Notes under the pieces: generated by a model
Seen by the model: the letters and a program-made list of their open reading frames with translations, nothing else
What the model was told of the DNA's origin: nothing
The model's database searches: none
Source: Octopus bimaculoides
Lineage: Eukaryota
Assembly: GCF_001194135.2 (NCBI RefSeq)
Contig: NC_068993.1
Span: 57,606,491 to 57,670,490 of the forward strand
DNA: 64,000 nucleotides
Reading direction: 5' to 3'
Program-made: the position numbers and the translations under genes
Shown here: piece after piece, positions 54,170-64,000 of the stretch
Position numbering within the stretch: the first letter of the stretch is position 1
Layout of the letters: each line of letters begins with the position of its first letter

Positions 54170-55747
54170 AGTAATTATCTAGACATGATTATATAATCAC
54201 ATTTACGTACATTTAACTATAATTAAATGTGATTGACGAACTAATTCCTTGAGAATATGACTCTAGATATACGTATATTCTGGACAACGATCGAGGTCGT
54301 GTACTCTAACATGTTCTATTTATCGAATATTTAAGCGAGACTGAGCTTACTGATTGGAGTGGCTCTGGTTTGTAAAGTCAACAATTGAGGAGAACTTATT
54401 GAACTTCGTCTGTGAAACATATCGTATTTAATCCGAAAGCCTAAGAATCATGATAATGTACAGTCATATTCATGTCCTGTTATGTATGGATGTGGTTTAC
54501 ACGCACACACGTGTGTTTGTGCTTGTGGGTGTGTTTGTATGCTTGTTCGTGTTTGTGTCTGTGTCCGTGTTTGTGTGTAGGAAGATCCGAAGATGGAGGT
54601 GAGTGATCGTTGAGGAACTGCGGTCTGTGTAATAAAATCATGATCGTAATTGTCACAATTGTTTCACAAACCTGTTTTCAACAGATTCACGGGCGACGCA
54701 TACGTAGATTTATAGTATTTACTTATACATTTTATTAAGAATGAAATTATTTACCAGCTCTTAAGGTTGATTTCGTTCTATTCCACAAGCCAGGAAATTT
54801 ATTATAAGACCTGAATTACGTCTCTTCATGAGATTATGACCAAGAACTCTTCCTCATTGCATTTGTCATTGTAATATGTATGTGAGTTTAGATTCTACTC
54901 TTTTGTCAATCAAGGCATTATGTATGAATCACTTGACTCCATAGGCCGACCCGCAGGTCAAAATCAACCAGAAATTTCCATGTTTAGATAAATTCATGAA
55001 TCACAACAAAATAAAAAAAAAAATACATGAAGTCACCAAATTGCTGCACAACATGTTATTGATTTTGTTCTCATAGCTCGGATTATATTTGCATTTTAAT
55101 ATACATAGAATGGAGAGTTTATTTTTACATTCGATTTGTTCAGTCAAAATAGCGTAACAGTTTCAATTTAGTTATAAGAAATTAGTTATTAGAAAACTGA
55201 TGCTTTCTTTTTTTTTATCTTATAATGTGATATTACATTTGGAGAGAGTGCGAAAATTAATCAAACATTTCCTAGGGTGCAAGAAATGCTAAAGAACCAC
55301 TGTTGAAAAGGGAATATTTCCGGCGCAAACTTACAAAAGAAAAGTAGTCTCTGAATCCCACGTTGGTTTATCTACAAGTTCACTCAAATTAGTCTACATC
55401 ATTACATTAGAAGCGCAGACCAGTGTTAGTATATACTCTCTGAAATCTTAAATCTAATAACTCAAGCTATGACATAAATGGCAGATGAATATACTTTACC
55501 TAAGATTATAATGGTTCAATAAAGCTAACCATAATTAGACATATAGCTTTCTATTTTTTTATATATCTATATTAATATGTATGTCTGTATATTAATATGT
55601 CTGTTCTCTCTTTCACTCTCTCTGTCTTTTCTATGTATTTATGTGTATATGTGTGTTTTTTGTATGTATGTACATGTGTGTATGTGTGTGTGTGCGTGTG
55701 TTTGCCTTTGTGTTGTATTTGTCCTCCGACTTCACTTAAAAATTAGC

Positions 55748-55912
55748 GTTTATTTGCGGAGATTCGGTAACTTGGCGGTTCAGATAAAGGAAAACGACAA
55801 AATAAGTACTAAAATGAAAGAAAGAAAAAAGAAAAAAAAACGCTCTGAAGTGGATTTGCCTCTTCTGTCAGTTGCTCCAGCATGGCCGAAGCTAAATGAC
55901 TGAAACAAGTAA
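55748..55912 (+). mobile_element. SINE family B 3' half, diverged
   Basis: gtaacttggcggttcag...aataagtact...gctccagcatggccgaagctaaatgactgaaacaagtaaa. Confidence 0.65.
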
Positions 55913-56222
55913 ATGCTAAAAACATGTTATGTCACAGTAATAAGATGACCAACACTAGCCAAGTGATTTCTTTTAAGAGAACAGTTTACTGAATAATTAA
56001 CCATATTTTAAATACCGGTTTATATCGATCAAATTGCTAATATATTTCACTCTTCTCTCCTCTCGAATATTTCTCCCGTTTTCTCTCACGGTTATTCCAT
56101 CTCTCATTTTTTTTCTGCTCCTATTTTATCAATACATCCTTGCAAACAAATAATGATTAAACAGATGAAATTGCAGTAAATATAATCAGAACTTTTGAGT
56201 TTCAATATATTTGTGCCTCTAA

Positions 56223-56450
56223 GACGGCGAGATGGCAGAATCGTTAGCACGCCGGGCGAAATGCTTAGCGATATTTCGTCTGCCGTTACGTTGTGAGTTC
56301 AAATTCCGCCGAGGTCGACTTTGCCTTCCGTCGTTTCGGGGTCGATTAAATAAGTACCAATTACTCACTGGGTTCGACTTAATCACTCCCACCACAAATT
56401 TGAGGCCTTGTGTTTCCAGTAGAAAGGATTATTATTATTATTATTATTAT
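56223..56450 (+). mobile_element. SINE family A, full length, type-2 tail with (ATT)n
   Basis: gacggcgagatggcagaatcgttagcacgccgggcgaaatgc...ggccttgtg...gtagaaaggattattatt. Confidence 0.85.
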
Positions 56451-56490
56451 TATCGTTTTTTGGTGTTATTGTTGATAGGTCTCTCTTCAT

Positions 56491-56634
56491 ACTCTGAGTT
56501 CAAATTCCGCCGGGGTCGACGTTGCCTTTCATCCTTTCGGGGTCTCTAAATTATGTACCACTGAAACACTGGGGCCAAAGTAATCGACTCGTCCCCTAAC
56601 CCGAAATGGCTGCCCTTGTAGCAATGTCGGAAAC

Positions 56635-56636
<2 letters not shown>
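56491..56636 (+). mobile_element. SINE family A, 5'-truncated, ending in (GTT)n
   Basis: ctgagttcaaattccgccggggtcgacgttgcctttcatcctttcgggg. Confidence 0.75.
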
Positions 56637-56686
<50 letters not shown>

Positions 56687-56975
56687 NNNNNNNNNNNNNN
56701 NNNNNNNNNNNNNNNNNNNNNNNNNNNNNNNNNNNNNNNNNNNNNNNNNNNNNNNNNNNNNNNNNNNNNNNNNNNNNNNNNNNNNNNNNNNNNNNNNNNN
56801 NNNNNNNNNNNNNNNNNNNNNNNNNNNNNNNNNNNNNNNNNNNNNNNNNNNNNNNNNNNNNNNNNNNNNNNNNNNNNNNNNNNCTTCTTCTTCTTCTTCT
56901 TCTTCTTCTTCTTCTTCTTCTTCTTCTTCTTCTTCTTCTTCTTCTTCTTCTTCTTCTTCTTCTTCTTTCTTCTTC
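56636..56975. repeat. (GTT)n and (CTT)n microsatellites flanking an N gap
   Basis: Direct. Confidence 0.95.
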
Positions 56976-57149
56976 TCCTTGATGTTGTTGTTGTTGTTTT
57001 TGCAATGTAATGAGCCGCAATATTTTTAAGATGGAAGAAAAACAAATTAAGGTGAAGTTTATTGATTCCAACGGTCTGACAATTGCCATGGCTTTGCCGA
57101 CATTTGGCTCCGTTGCCCGATGATATATGCCTACATACATATATACATC

Positions 57150-57190
<41 letters not shown>

Positions 57191-57587
57191 ACACACCCAC
57201 ATATATATACAAACGTTCACGTAGACATACTTACGTACATGTATGCATACCATACATACAGACATACAAGCCTTTTCTCCACATTGGTTATCATACTGGT
57301 TAAACTGGCTGCCAATCAAGCAATCTTCACACAGGATTAACAGTTGATTAGATGCCGAGAGGAGTAGAAAAAGCCAAGAAATGACTAAGACCTACTGATG
57401 TTTTATTATTATCATTATTGCTATTATTATTATCATTATTACTATTATTATTATCATTATTACTATTATTATTATTATTATTATTGTTATTATTATTATT
57501 GTTATTATTATTGTTATTATTATTGCCGTTGATATTGTTATTGTAGTTCTGTGTGCAAGAGCGAGTTTGATTTCTAATATGTGCTTG

Positions 57588-57637
<50 letters not shown>

Positions 57638-57809
57638 NNNNNNNNNNTAGATATTGTGTGTGTGTGTGTGTGTGTGTATGAGCATGTATAATTCAGTAAT
57701 TGCTGGTGGCGCTGTTTGTTGTTCGAGAAGATAGACCACAGCTTAATGTCTCTTGAGGAGCACTTCGCAATAGCTGTTGTCGTTCACTTTTTTTGTTATA
57801 GAAGTCAAT

Positions 57810-58280
57810 GTAGTGGTAGTAGTAGTAGCGTTGGCGGTGGTTGTGGTAAATATGCTTGTGGTGGCGGTTGTAGTTGTGGATGGTGGTGTGTGGTGGTGAT
57901 GGTAGTTGTTGTAGTAGCGGCAGTAGTAGTAGAAGTGTTGTTGGTCGTCGTATTAGTAGTAACAGGACTAGTGGGTGTGATGGTGGTGGTGGTGGTTGTA
58001 GTAGTAGTATTATTAGGGGTGATCGTAGTTGTAATAGTAGTGGCAGTAGTAGTATTAGTTGTGGTGGTAGTGGTTGTAGTAATAGTAGCAGTGGCGGTGG
58101 TAGTATTAGTACTGGGAGTGCTGGTGGTGGTGGTGGTGGTGGTGGTAATAGTAGTAGTATTAGCAGTGTTGGTAGTAATAGTAGTGGCAGTAGTAGTATT
58201 AGTAATGGCGATAGTGGCATTAGTAGTGGTGGTAGTGGTGGTGGTGGTGGTGGTGGTGGCGGTGATGGTGGTGGTGGTAA
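57810..58280. repeat. Degenerate (GTG/GTA)n trinucleotide low-complexity array
   Basis: Direct; source of the poly-V, poly-S/G and poly-P/L pseudo-ORFs. Confidence 0.9.
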
Positions 58281-58674
58281 TACAATTAATAGTGGTGAGA
58301 CAGATAGTTAGATAGAGAGATAGAGAGATATTAAGTACGATTCATTCCTGATCACAGTTGTTCGAAAACCGAGGTTCTACTGTATATATATATATATNNN
58401 NNNNNNNNNNNNNNNNNNNNNNNNNNNNNNNNNNNNNNNNNNNNNNNNNNNNNNNNNNNNNNNNNNNNNNNNNNNNNNNNNNNNNNNNNNNNNNNNNNNN
58501 NNNNNNNNNNNNNNNNNNNNNNNNNNNNNNNNNNNNNNNNNNNNNNNNNNNNNNNNNNNNNNNNNNNNNNNNNNNNNNNNNNNNNNNNNNNNNNNNNNNN
58601 NNNNNNNNNNNNNNNNNNNNNNNNNNNNNNNNNNNNNNNNNNNNNNNNNNNNNNATATATATATATATATATAA

Positions 58675-58839
58675 CTACGACGGGCATCTCTCAGTTTCCG
58701 CCTACCAAATACACTCACAATGCTTTGCTCGGCTCGAGACTATAGTAGAAGACACTAGCACAAGATGCCTTAGTGGGATTGAACCTGGGATCATGTAACT
58801 AGTAAGCAAGCTACTTACCACGCAGCCACTCCTGCTCCT
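58675..58839 (-). mobile_element. SINE family B head half
   Basis: acgacgggcatctctcagtttccg...gctacttaccacgcagccactcctgc. Confidence 0.8.
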
Positions 58840-59835
58840 ATATATGCTTATGACTTATTGTTCATGAATTTGTGTATATGTCACTGTATACGAGTGTGTT
58901 GGATTTTTTGGCATGAGGGTGTATGCGTCTGAACGCACACATCATCATGAATATTTTATTTTGGGTATGTCTGTGTGTGTGTGTGGCAGGGTGTATATGT
59001 GTCTATATATGTGCGACGGCATGAAACCACTTGTGTGAATGTGTGAGATACTGTGTATGCTTAGCTGTGTGTGCTGCGCGTGTGACGTTTAGTATTGTGG
59101 CTTCTGATTCTCCCGTCAGTGATGTGTCATGCATGATTTTGCGTGTGTATATGCATGTGTTAATTTGCTTGTGACTGTATTTGTCTTTACCGCTTGTAAA
59201 TGTGTATAAGATGAAAAGGAAAAAAAACGATGAAGAGGGAGAAAAGGAGCGCGAGAGAATGAAATAAAAATAGAGAGAGGAAGAGAGAGAATATAAGATG
59301 CTAGAGAGAGGGAAAGAAAGATGGAGTCAGATAGACCGATATATTGGACCCGATCCAGTTTTGAGGTCTCGAAGGAACGGATTTCCTATCACCTTTGCAT
59401 CGACAAGCGCAAGTGATGGGTTGGTTGGTTGGGGGAGGCTAGATACACATATAGCTCTGTGGAACAGGAACTGTTGTAATCAGGTTTGAAGAGGCAGAGA
59501 GAGGACCACGAAATATCAATAGTGTAGGGGTTGTAGTATGATGGGGGCTTGGACTCGTGCCAATAAGGCGTGCCGGAAGTTTTGTTTGGGAAGTGCGATC
59601 AAAAAATAAAAATTGTGTTTAGTAACTGCCCCGTCACAGGTATGTGAGCATCAATATCAAAAAGGATCGATGTTTGTTCGTGTGTGTGTGTGTGTGTGTA
59701 TGTGTGTGTGTGTGTTGTATGTGTATGTGCATATATATATATGTATACATGTATACATACACGCATATATAATATGTAATATACATATAATATATGTTAT
59801 AAAATATAACATATGATATATATGCGTATATATTT

Positions 59836-59867
<32 letters not shown>

Positions 59868-60237
59868 CATATATATGTATGTATATATATATATATACAT
59901 ACGTTTATATATACATATAGATATGTAAATATGTGTATATATGTATTCATAAATGCATATATATATATATATATATATATATANNNNNNNNNNNNNNNNN
60001 NNNNNNNNNNNNNNNNNNNNNNNNNNNNNNNNNNNNNNNNNNNNNNNNNNNNNNNNNNNNNNNNNNNNNNNNNNNNNNNNNNNNNNNNNNNNNNNNNNNN
60101 NNNNNNNNNNNNNNNNNNNNNNNNNNNNNNNNNNNNNNNNNNNNNNNNNNNNNNNNNNNNNNNNNNNNNNNNNNNNNNNNNNNNNNNNNNNNNNNNNNNN
60201 NNNNNNNNNNNNNNNNNNNNNNNNNNNNNNNNNNNNN

Positions 60238-60299
<62 letters not shown>

Positions 60300-60607
60300 C
60301 AGACGTATTATTTGTTTAAATACAAGATGGCATTTCCTTTTGCGGAATTCTACCAAATCGCTCGATAAACAAATTGCTTGGAGGGAAATAAATTGCAATA
60401 ATGTTATGTAGCGTGATTGAATTAAAAATAACTCAGGGCCGTTATATTAAAGAAACCAAATATATATATATACTGCATACCCGGGACGCAAACGGGCTTC
60501 TCGGGGCTGGCGGTGTATTAATTATTTGCGTTAAGAGACATAGCCGTACTAAGTATATATACAGATGCACATACAGACACACACACAGACACACATACAC
60601 ACATACA

Positions 60608-60684
<77 letters not shown>

Positions 60685-61691
60685 ACACACACACACATAT
60701 ATGTATGTGTGTGTGTGTGTGTACGTGTATGTATATATGTATATATATATACGTGAGTGTGTATATATATGCATGTGTGCATGTATGTATTTGTCTGTCT
60801 GTCTCTCTCTCCCTCTCTATATACACTCATATATGAATGTTAAATATGTAGAAGTTTACGTTTGAATTTGTTATCCTGGGTGTATATTTTTGTCCAGTAA
60901 TATCTACATAGATATATGCGTATATGTATGCCTGTCTGTGTATATATATCCGCTTACTATGTAGGTATGTATGTACGCATCTATGCATGCATAGATGTTT
61001 CCATTGATTTCTCTAGCCATAACGAATAGGGTAAGGCGCTAGTTGTCCAGTGTCAATGTTTGGCAGCAGTCATGTCCCTCGCCCAGCTGTCATCCATGAA
61101 ATAGGGACATGAATGAACGCATCAAATCCCCACTCTCATCTTCCGAGTGCCATCAATAGCCAATAATATGTCAACATGATGGATCGCTAAATCTTCAGTG
61201 GATTTTATCAAGAGAACCATGCGATTACGGAGAATACGTCTTCCAATTCAAGATAACTAAGCCCTCGTTAATTATTAAGTAGAAGCGGGGTGAAGGTGGA
61301 GGTGAGGCGAATGGTGTGGTTTGATGGAAAAGAAAATGGCTGACTGTTGAATAAAATATTGACTAACGGCATGTACATTCGTCTCCCACCATGTTATTGA
61401 TTGAAACCCAGCTGATAATTGGCTGATTATACCGCTTATAAATCTAGGGTACAATACATGTCGAAGGAATATAAATTCCTTTGTAAGCTCAGGTAACATG
61501 TTGAGGGACGTGGTTTGTTATCGAATGATACGGACCTTATAAGGAACTTTTTAAATATCGGTGTTTCGAGCAGAATTCTAACGAAAGGGCTCAGCAGTTT
61601 AAAGACATATTTTGCATTGAATATTGCCTGATGTGAACCTGCATGACTATTCACATACCTTCGTTTATGTATCATTTTAGTACATCAAAGC

Positions 61692-61984
61692 GCTCAGCTG
61701 ACAGAAACGTTAGCACGCCGGGCGAAATGCCTGGCGGTATTTCGTCTGTCTTTGCGTTCTGAGTTCAANNNNNNNNNNACGCCGGGCGAAATGCCTGGCG
61801 GTATTTCGTCTGTCTTTGCGTTCTGAGTTCAAGTTCCACCGAGGCCTACTTTGCCTTTCATCCATTCGCAGTTGATAAATTAAGTACCAGTTACGCACTG
61901 GGATCGATGTAATCACTTAATCCTTTTGTCTGTCCTTGTCTGTCTCCTCTATGTTTAGCCCCTTGTGGGCAATAAAGAAATAAA
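61692..61984 (+). mobile_element. SINE family A, type-1 tail, with ~57-bp overlap duplicated across a 10-N gap
   Basis: Head cagctgacagaaacgttagcacgccgggcg; tail tttagccccttgtgggcaataaagaaataaata. Confidence 0.85.
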
Positions 61985-62017
61985 TATACTATTTTGTGTT
62001 AGAATTTACTAGTCATA

Positions 62018-62058
62018 GGCGGCGAGCTGGCAGAAGCGTTAGCGCGCCGGGCGAAATG
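62018..62058 (+). mobile_element. SINE family A head fragment
   Basis: ggcggcgagctggcagaagcgttagcgcgccgggcgaaatg. Confidence 0.7.
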
Positions 62059-62992
62059 GAACCTGTATGTGATTGATGTCGTTGTTGTTTGATCACAATG
62101 CAACAGACGCCCCAGACTTGACTGTCTGGCCCGTCGTTTCTTATCAGTAATTAGTATTCAGTACTAAATTAGCGAGTGTGACCATCTCCTTACGAGTCTC
62201 GGTAACGACTTTATTCAGATTTAGCTGGTATTTCGAGCAGATGGAGAAGACATATACAGGCCCTGAGCGTTGGCTTGTGCAGAGGTTCCAGTGTCACAAG
62301 ACATGCAAGGAATCCTACTCTATTAAAAAGAGCGAATGACACATTAAATGATATAGAAGTAATTACATTATGTGTGACATCAAAAGACAGAAGGGTCGCG
62401 GTTGGAACGCTTTTGATCATGAGTTTGCTAAATCACACTAGAACCATTGCCTAAACAACAACAACAACAGGAAGAACAACAACTATATTATAGAGATTGA
62501 GAGAGTGAATTTTTTTTTACAACTTCAATTTTGTTAATTACCCATTAACTTTTTTGCCGTAACTCATTAAAATTTATTACAACATATAATTTAGTATATC
62601 ATCTGTCACATGACCCATTAGATTTGTTGGAAACTATTGAAGTCTTTGAATTTCTATATTTCAAAGGACACTTTCCAAATATCTCTCCCTCTCTCAAATA
62701 CGTTCTCTCTCTATCTCTCTCTCTCTCTCTCTCCTGTTCTTTTTCACTGCATCTTTCTCTCCCTCTCTTCCTCGGTGCTGCGGTCTCTCCCTCTCTCTCT
62801 ATTTGCAATTAATCTTTAATCTGATTCAAGATACAGGTTTTCATATTGTGGTACTTGAGCAAAAGTTGAAAGTTATGCACATGAATTATACAGGAGCTAA
62901 CTCAGACTCAGATGTGCACATTCCAGAACAATATACAGGATATTTACATTATCTACATTTGACGGATATTCGTCCTCATCTTGTTTGTTGTT

Positions 62993-63038
62993 AACACAAC
63001 GTTTCGGCTGATATACCCTCCAGCCTTCGTCAGGTGTC
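62993..63038 (-). ncRNA. Minimal type I hammerhead ribozyme motif (Penelope-like type)
   Basis: Minus strand: GACAC [CUGACGA] A GGCUG(GAGGGUAUAU)CAGCC [GAAA] CG U U GUGUU. Stem I GACAC/GUGUU, stem II 5 bp, stem III palindromic ACGU. Predicted cut between 62998 and 62997. Confidence 0.7.
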
Positions 63039-63102
63039 TTGGGGAAATTTCGAACCTGGGTTCTCATTCCTATCGATGTTACTATTATTATTATTATTAT
63101 TA

Positions 63103-63133
<31 letters not shown>

Positions 63134-63139
63134 CAGGTC

Positions 63140-63185
63140 GTTGCCTGACGAAGGCTGGAGGGTATATCAGCCGAAACGTTGTGTT
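63140..63185 (+). ncRNA. Inverted copy of the hammerhead motif, weakened stem I
   Basis: CTGACGA 63145-63151, GGCTG/CAGCC, GAAA 63173-63176, CGTT-GTGTT. The 5' stem I strand is replaced by gttgc. Confidence 0.55.
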
Positions 63186-63445
63186 AACNNNNNNNNNNAT
63201 CTGATTCAAGATACAGGTTTTCATATTGTGGTACTTGAGCAAAAGTTGAAAGTTATGCACATGAATTATACAGGAGCTAACTCAGACTCAGATGTGCACA
63301 TTCCAGAACAATATACAGGATATTTTGTATACACGTAAAAAAATATGAATCCGATGTTTGGTGTATACTTATATGCATATATTTGTACATATCCAGATGT
63401 ATGTATAAAGATGGTCATGCGTATATATATATATATATATATACG

Positions 63446-63525
63446 AAGGTGCCACGTAGTGGGACTGAACCCGGGACCATGTGGTTGGTAAGCAAGCTAC
63501 TTAACACATAGCCACTCCTGCGCCT
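63446..63525 (-). mobile_element. SINE family B head fragment
   Basis: aaggtgccacgtagtgggactgaacccgggaccatgtggttggtaagcaagctac...gccactcctgcgcct. Confidence 0.85.
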
Positions 63526-63959
63526 ATATACATATATATATCAACGTCTGTTTTTACATAAGAAATTTACATGAACTTCTAGGATTACTCAATACACTAC
63601 TTGGAGTATATATATGATTTTCCTTAACACAAATAGCCTTGATAGGGACTAACAAGTTTTGTCCTGTTAAAACACCATCAGACACTGGTGAATGGGGTTC
63701 GTCTTTTTTTAAATAGAGTATCAAACTATTTGTCTCGCTGCTGAGACCTAAACACTGATCTTATTCATTTGCACAACGATGATGACAGTGAGATATTAGA
63801 AAGTGATGCAGTTCTTAACATCTAGTGATATATGTTTAATATGGACTTAATTGCTTTGCTCATTGTGAAATGACTGCACTGGCTTTCGCAAGATATTTGT
63901 ATGTGTATGTGTGTATGTGCATGCATGTATGTATATACATACATATACACACACATATA

Positions 63960-64000
<41 letters not shown>

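Larger units (their letters stand above)
62941..63188 (-). mobile_element. Hammerhead-bearing element with fold-back inverted repeat
   Basis: Homologous to 3020-3117 (tail), 3588-3598 (linker) and 3260-3274 (head end). 45-bp perfect inverted repeat 62990-63034 / 63144-63188. Confidence 0.75.

Noticed and set aside
57693-58315. Gly/Ser-rich, Val-rich and Pro/Leu-rich ORFs
   Set aside because: They are alternative frames of a degenerate GTG/GTA trinucleotide array with no unique coding context.
1883-60411. Long ORFs containing X runs or YI/CV/HT/poly-residue tracts
   Set aside because: They are translations of N gaps and microsatellites, not proteins.
60474-60500. tacccgggacgcaaacggg hairpin reminiscent of Helitron/HINE 5' ends
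   Set aside because: Only a 4-bp stem, and no matching 3' hairpin or terminus was found.
61070-61112. 10-bp perfect inverted repeat tcatgtccct/agggacatga
   Set aside because: It does not extend, and a few such repeats are expected by chance in 64 kb.

Overview
Eukaryotic, AT-rich, repeat-dominated DNA from a gapped short-read scaffold. It has many long N gaps bordered by (TA)n/(CA)n, and several 10-N gaps with duplicated flanks. The SINE families and microsatellite load strongly suggest an octopus (cephalopod) genome; this is an inference from recalled repeat sequences, not a database search. No intact protein-coding gene can be supported, and nearly all ORFs in the track are microsatellite or N-run artefacts. 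Supportable content: about 30 copies or fragments of four tRNA-headed SINE families (called A-D here), a decayed D34D mariner transposon, CR1/L2-type LINE C-terminal fragments, two tandem R4/Dong-like LINE 3' ends in an (AAT)n tract, a Tc1/mariner-type MITE, and many microsatellites. The most interesting signal is a non-coding element, seen at ~3 kb and ~63 kb, with the layout tRNA-like Pol III head - (AAT)n - linker - minimal type I hammerhead ribozyme motif with a palindromic stem III (Penelope-like type). It occurs in inverted (head-to-head or fold-back) configurations and may be insertion-polymorphic at 63 kb. Further degenerate hammerhead-like cores of unrelated sequence occur at ~34.1 kb and more weakly at ~48.4 and ~10.5 kb.
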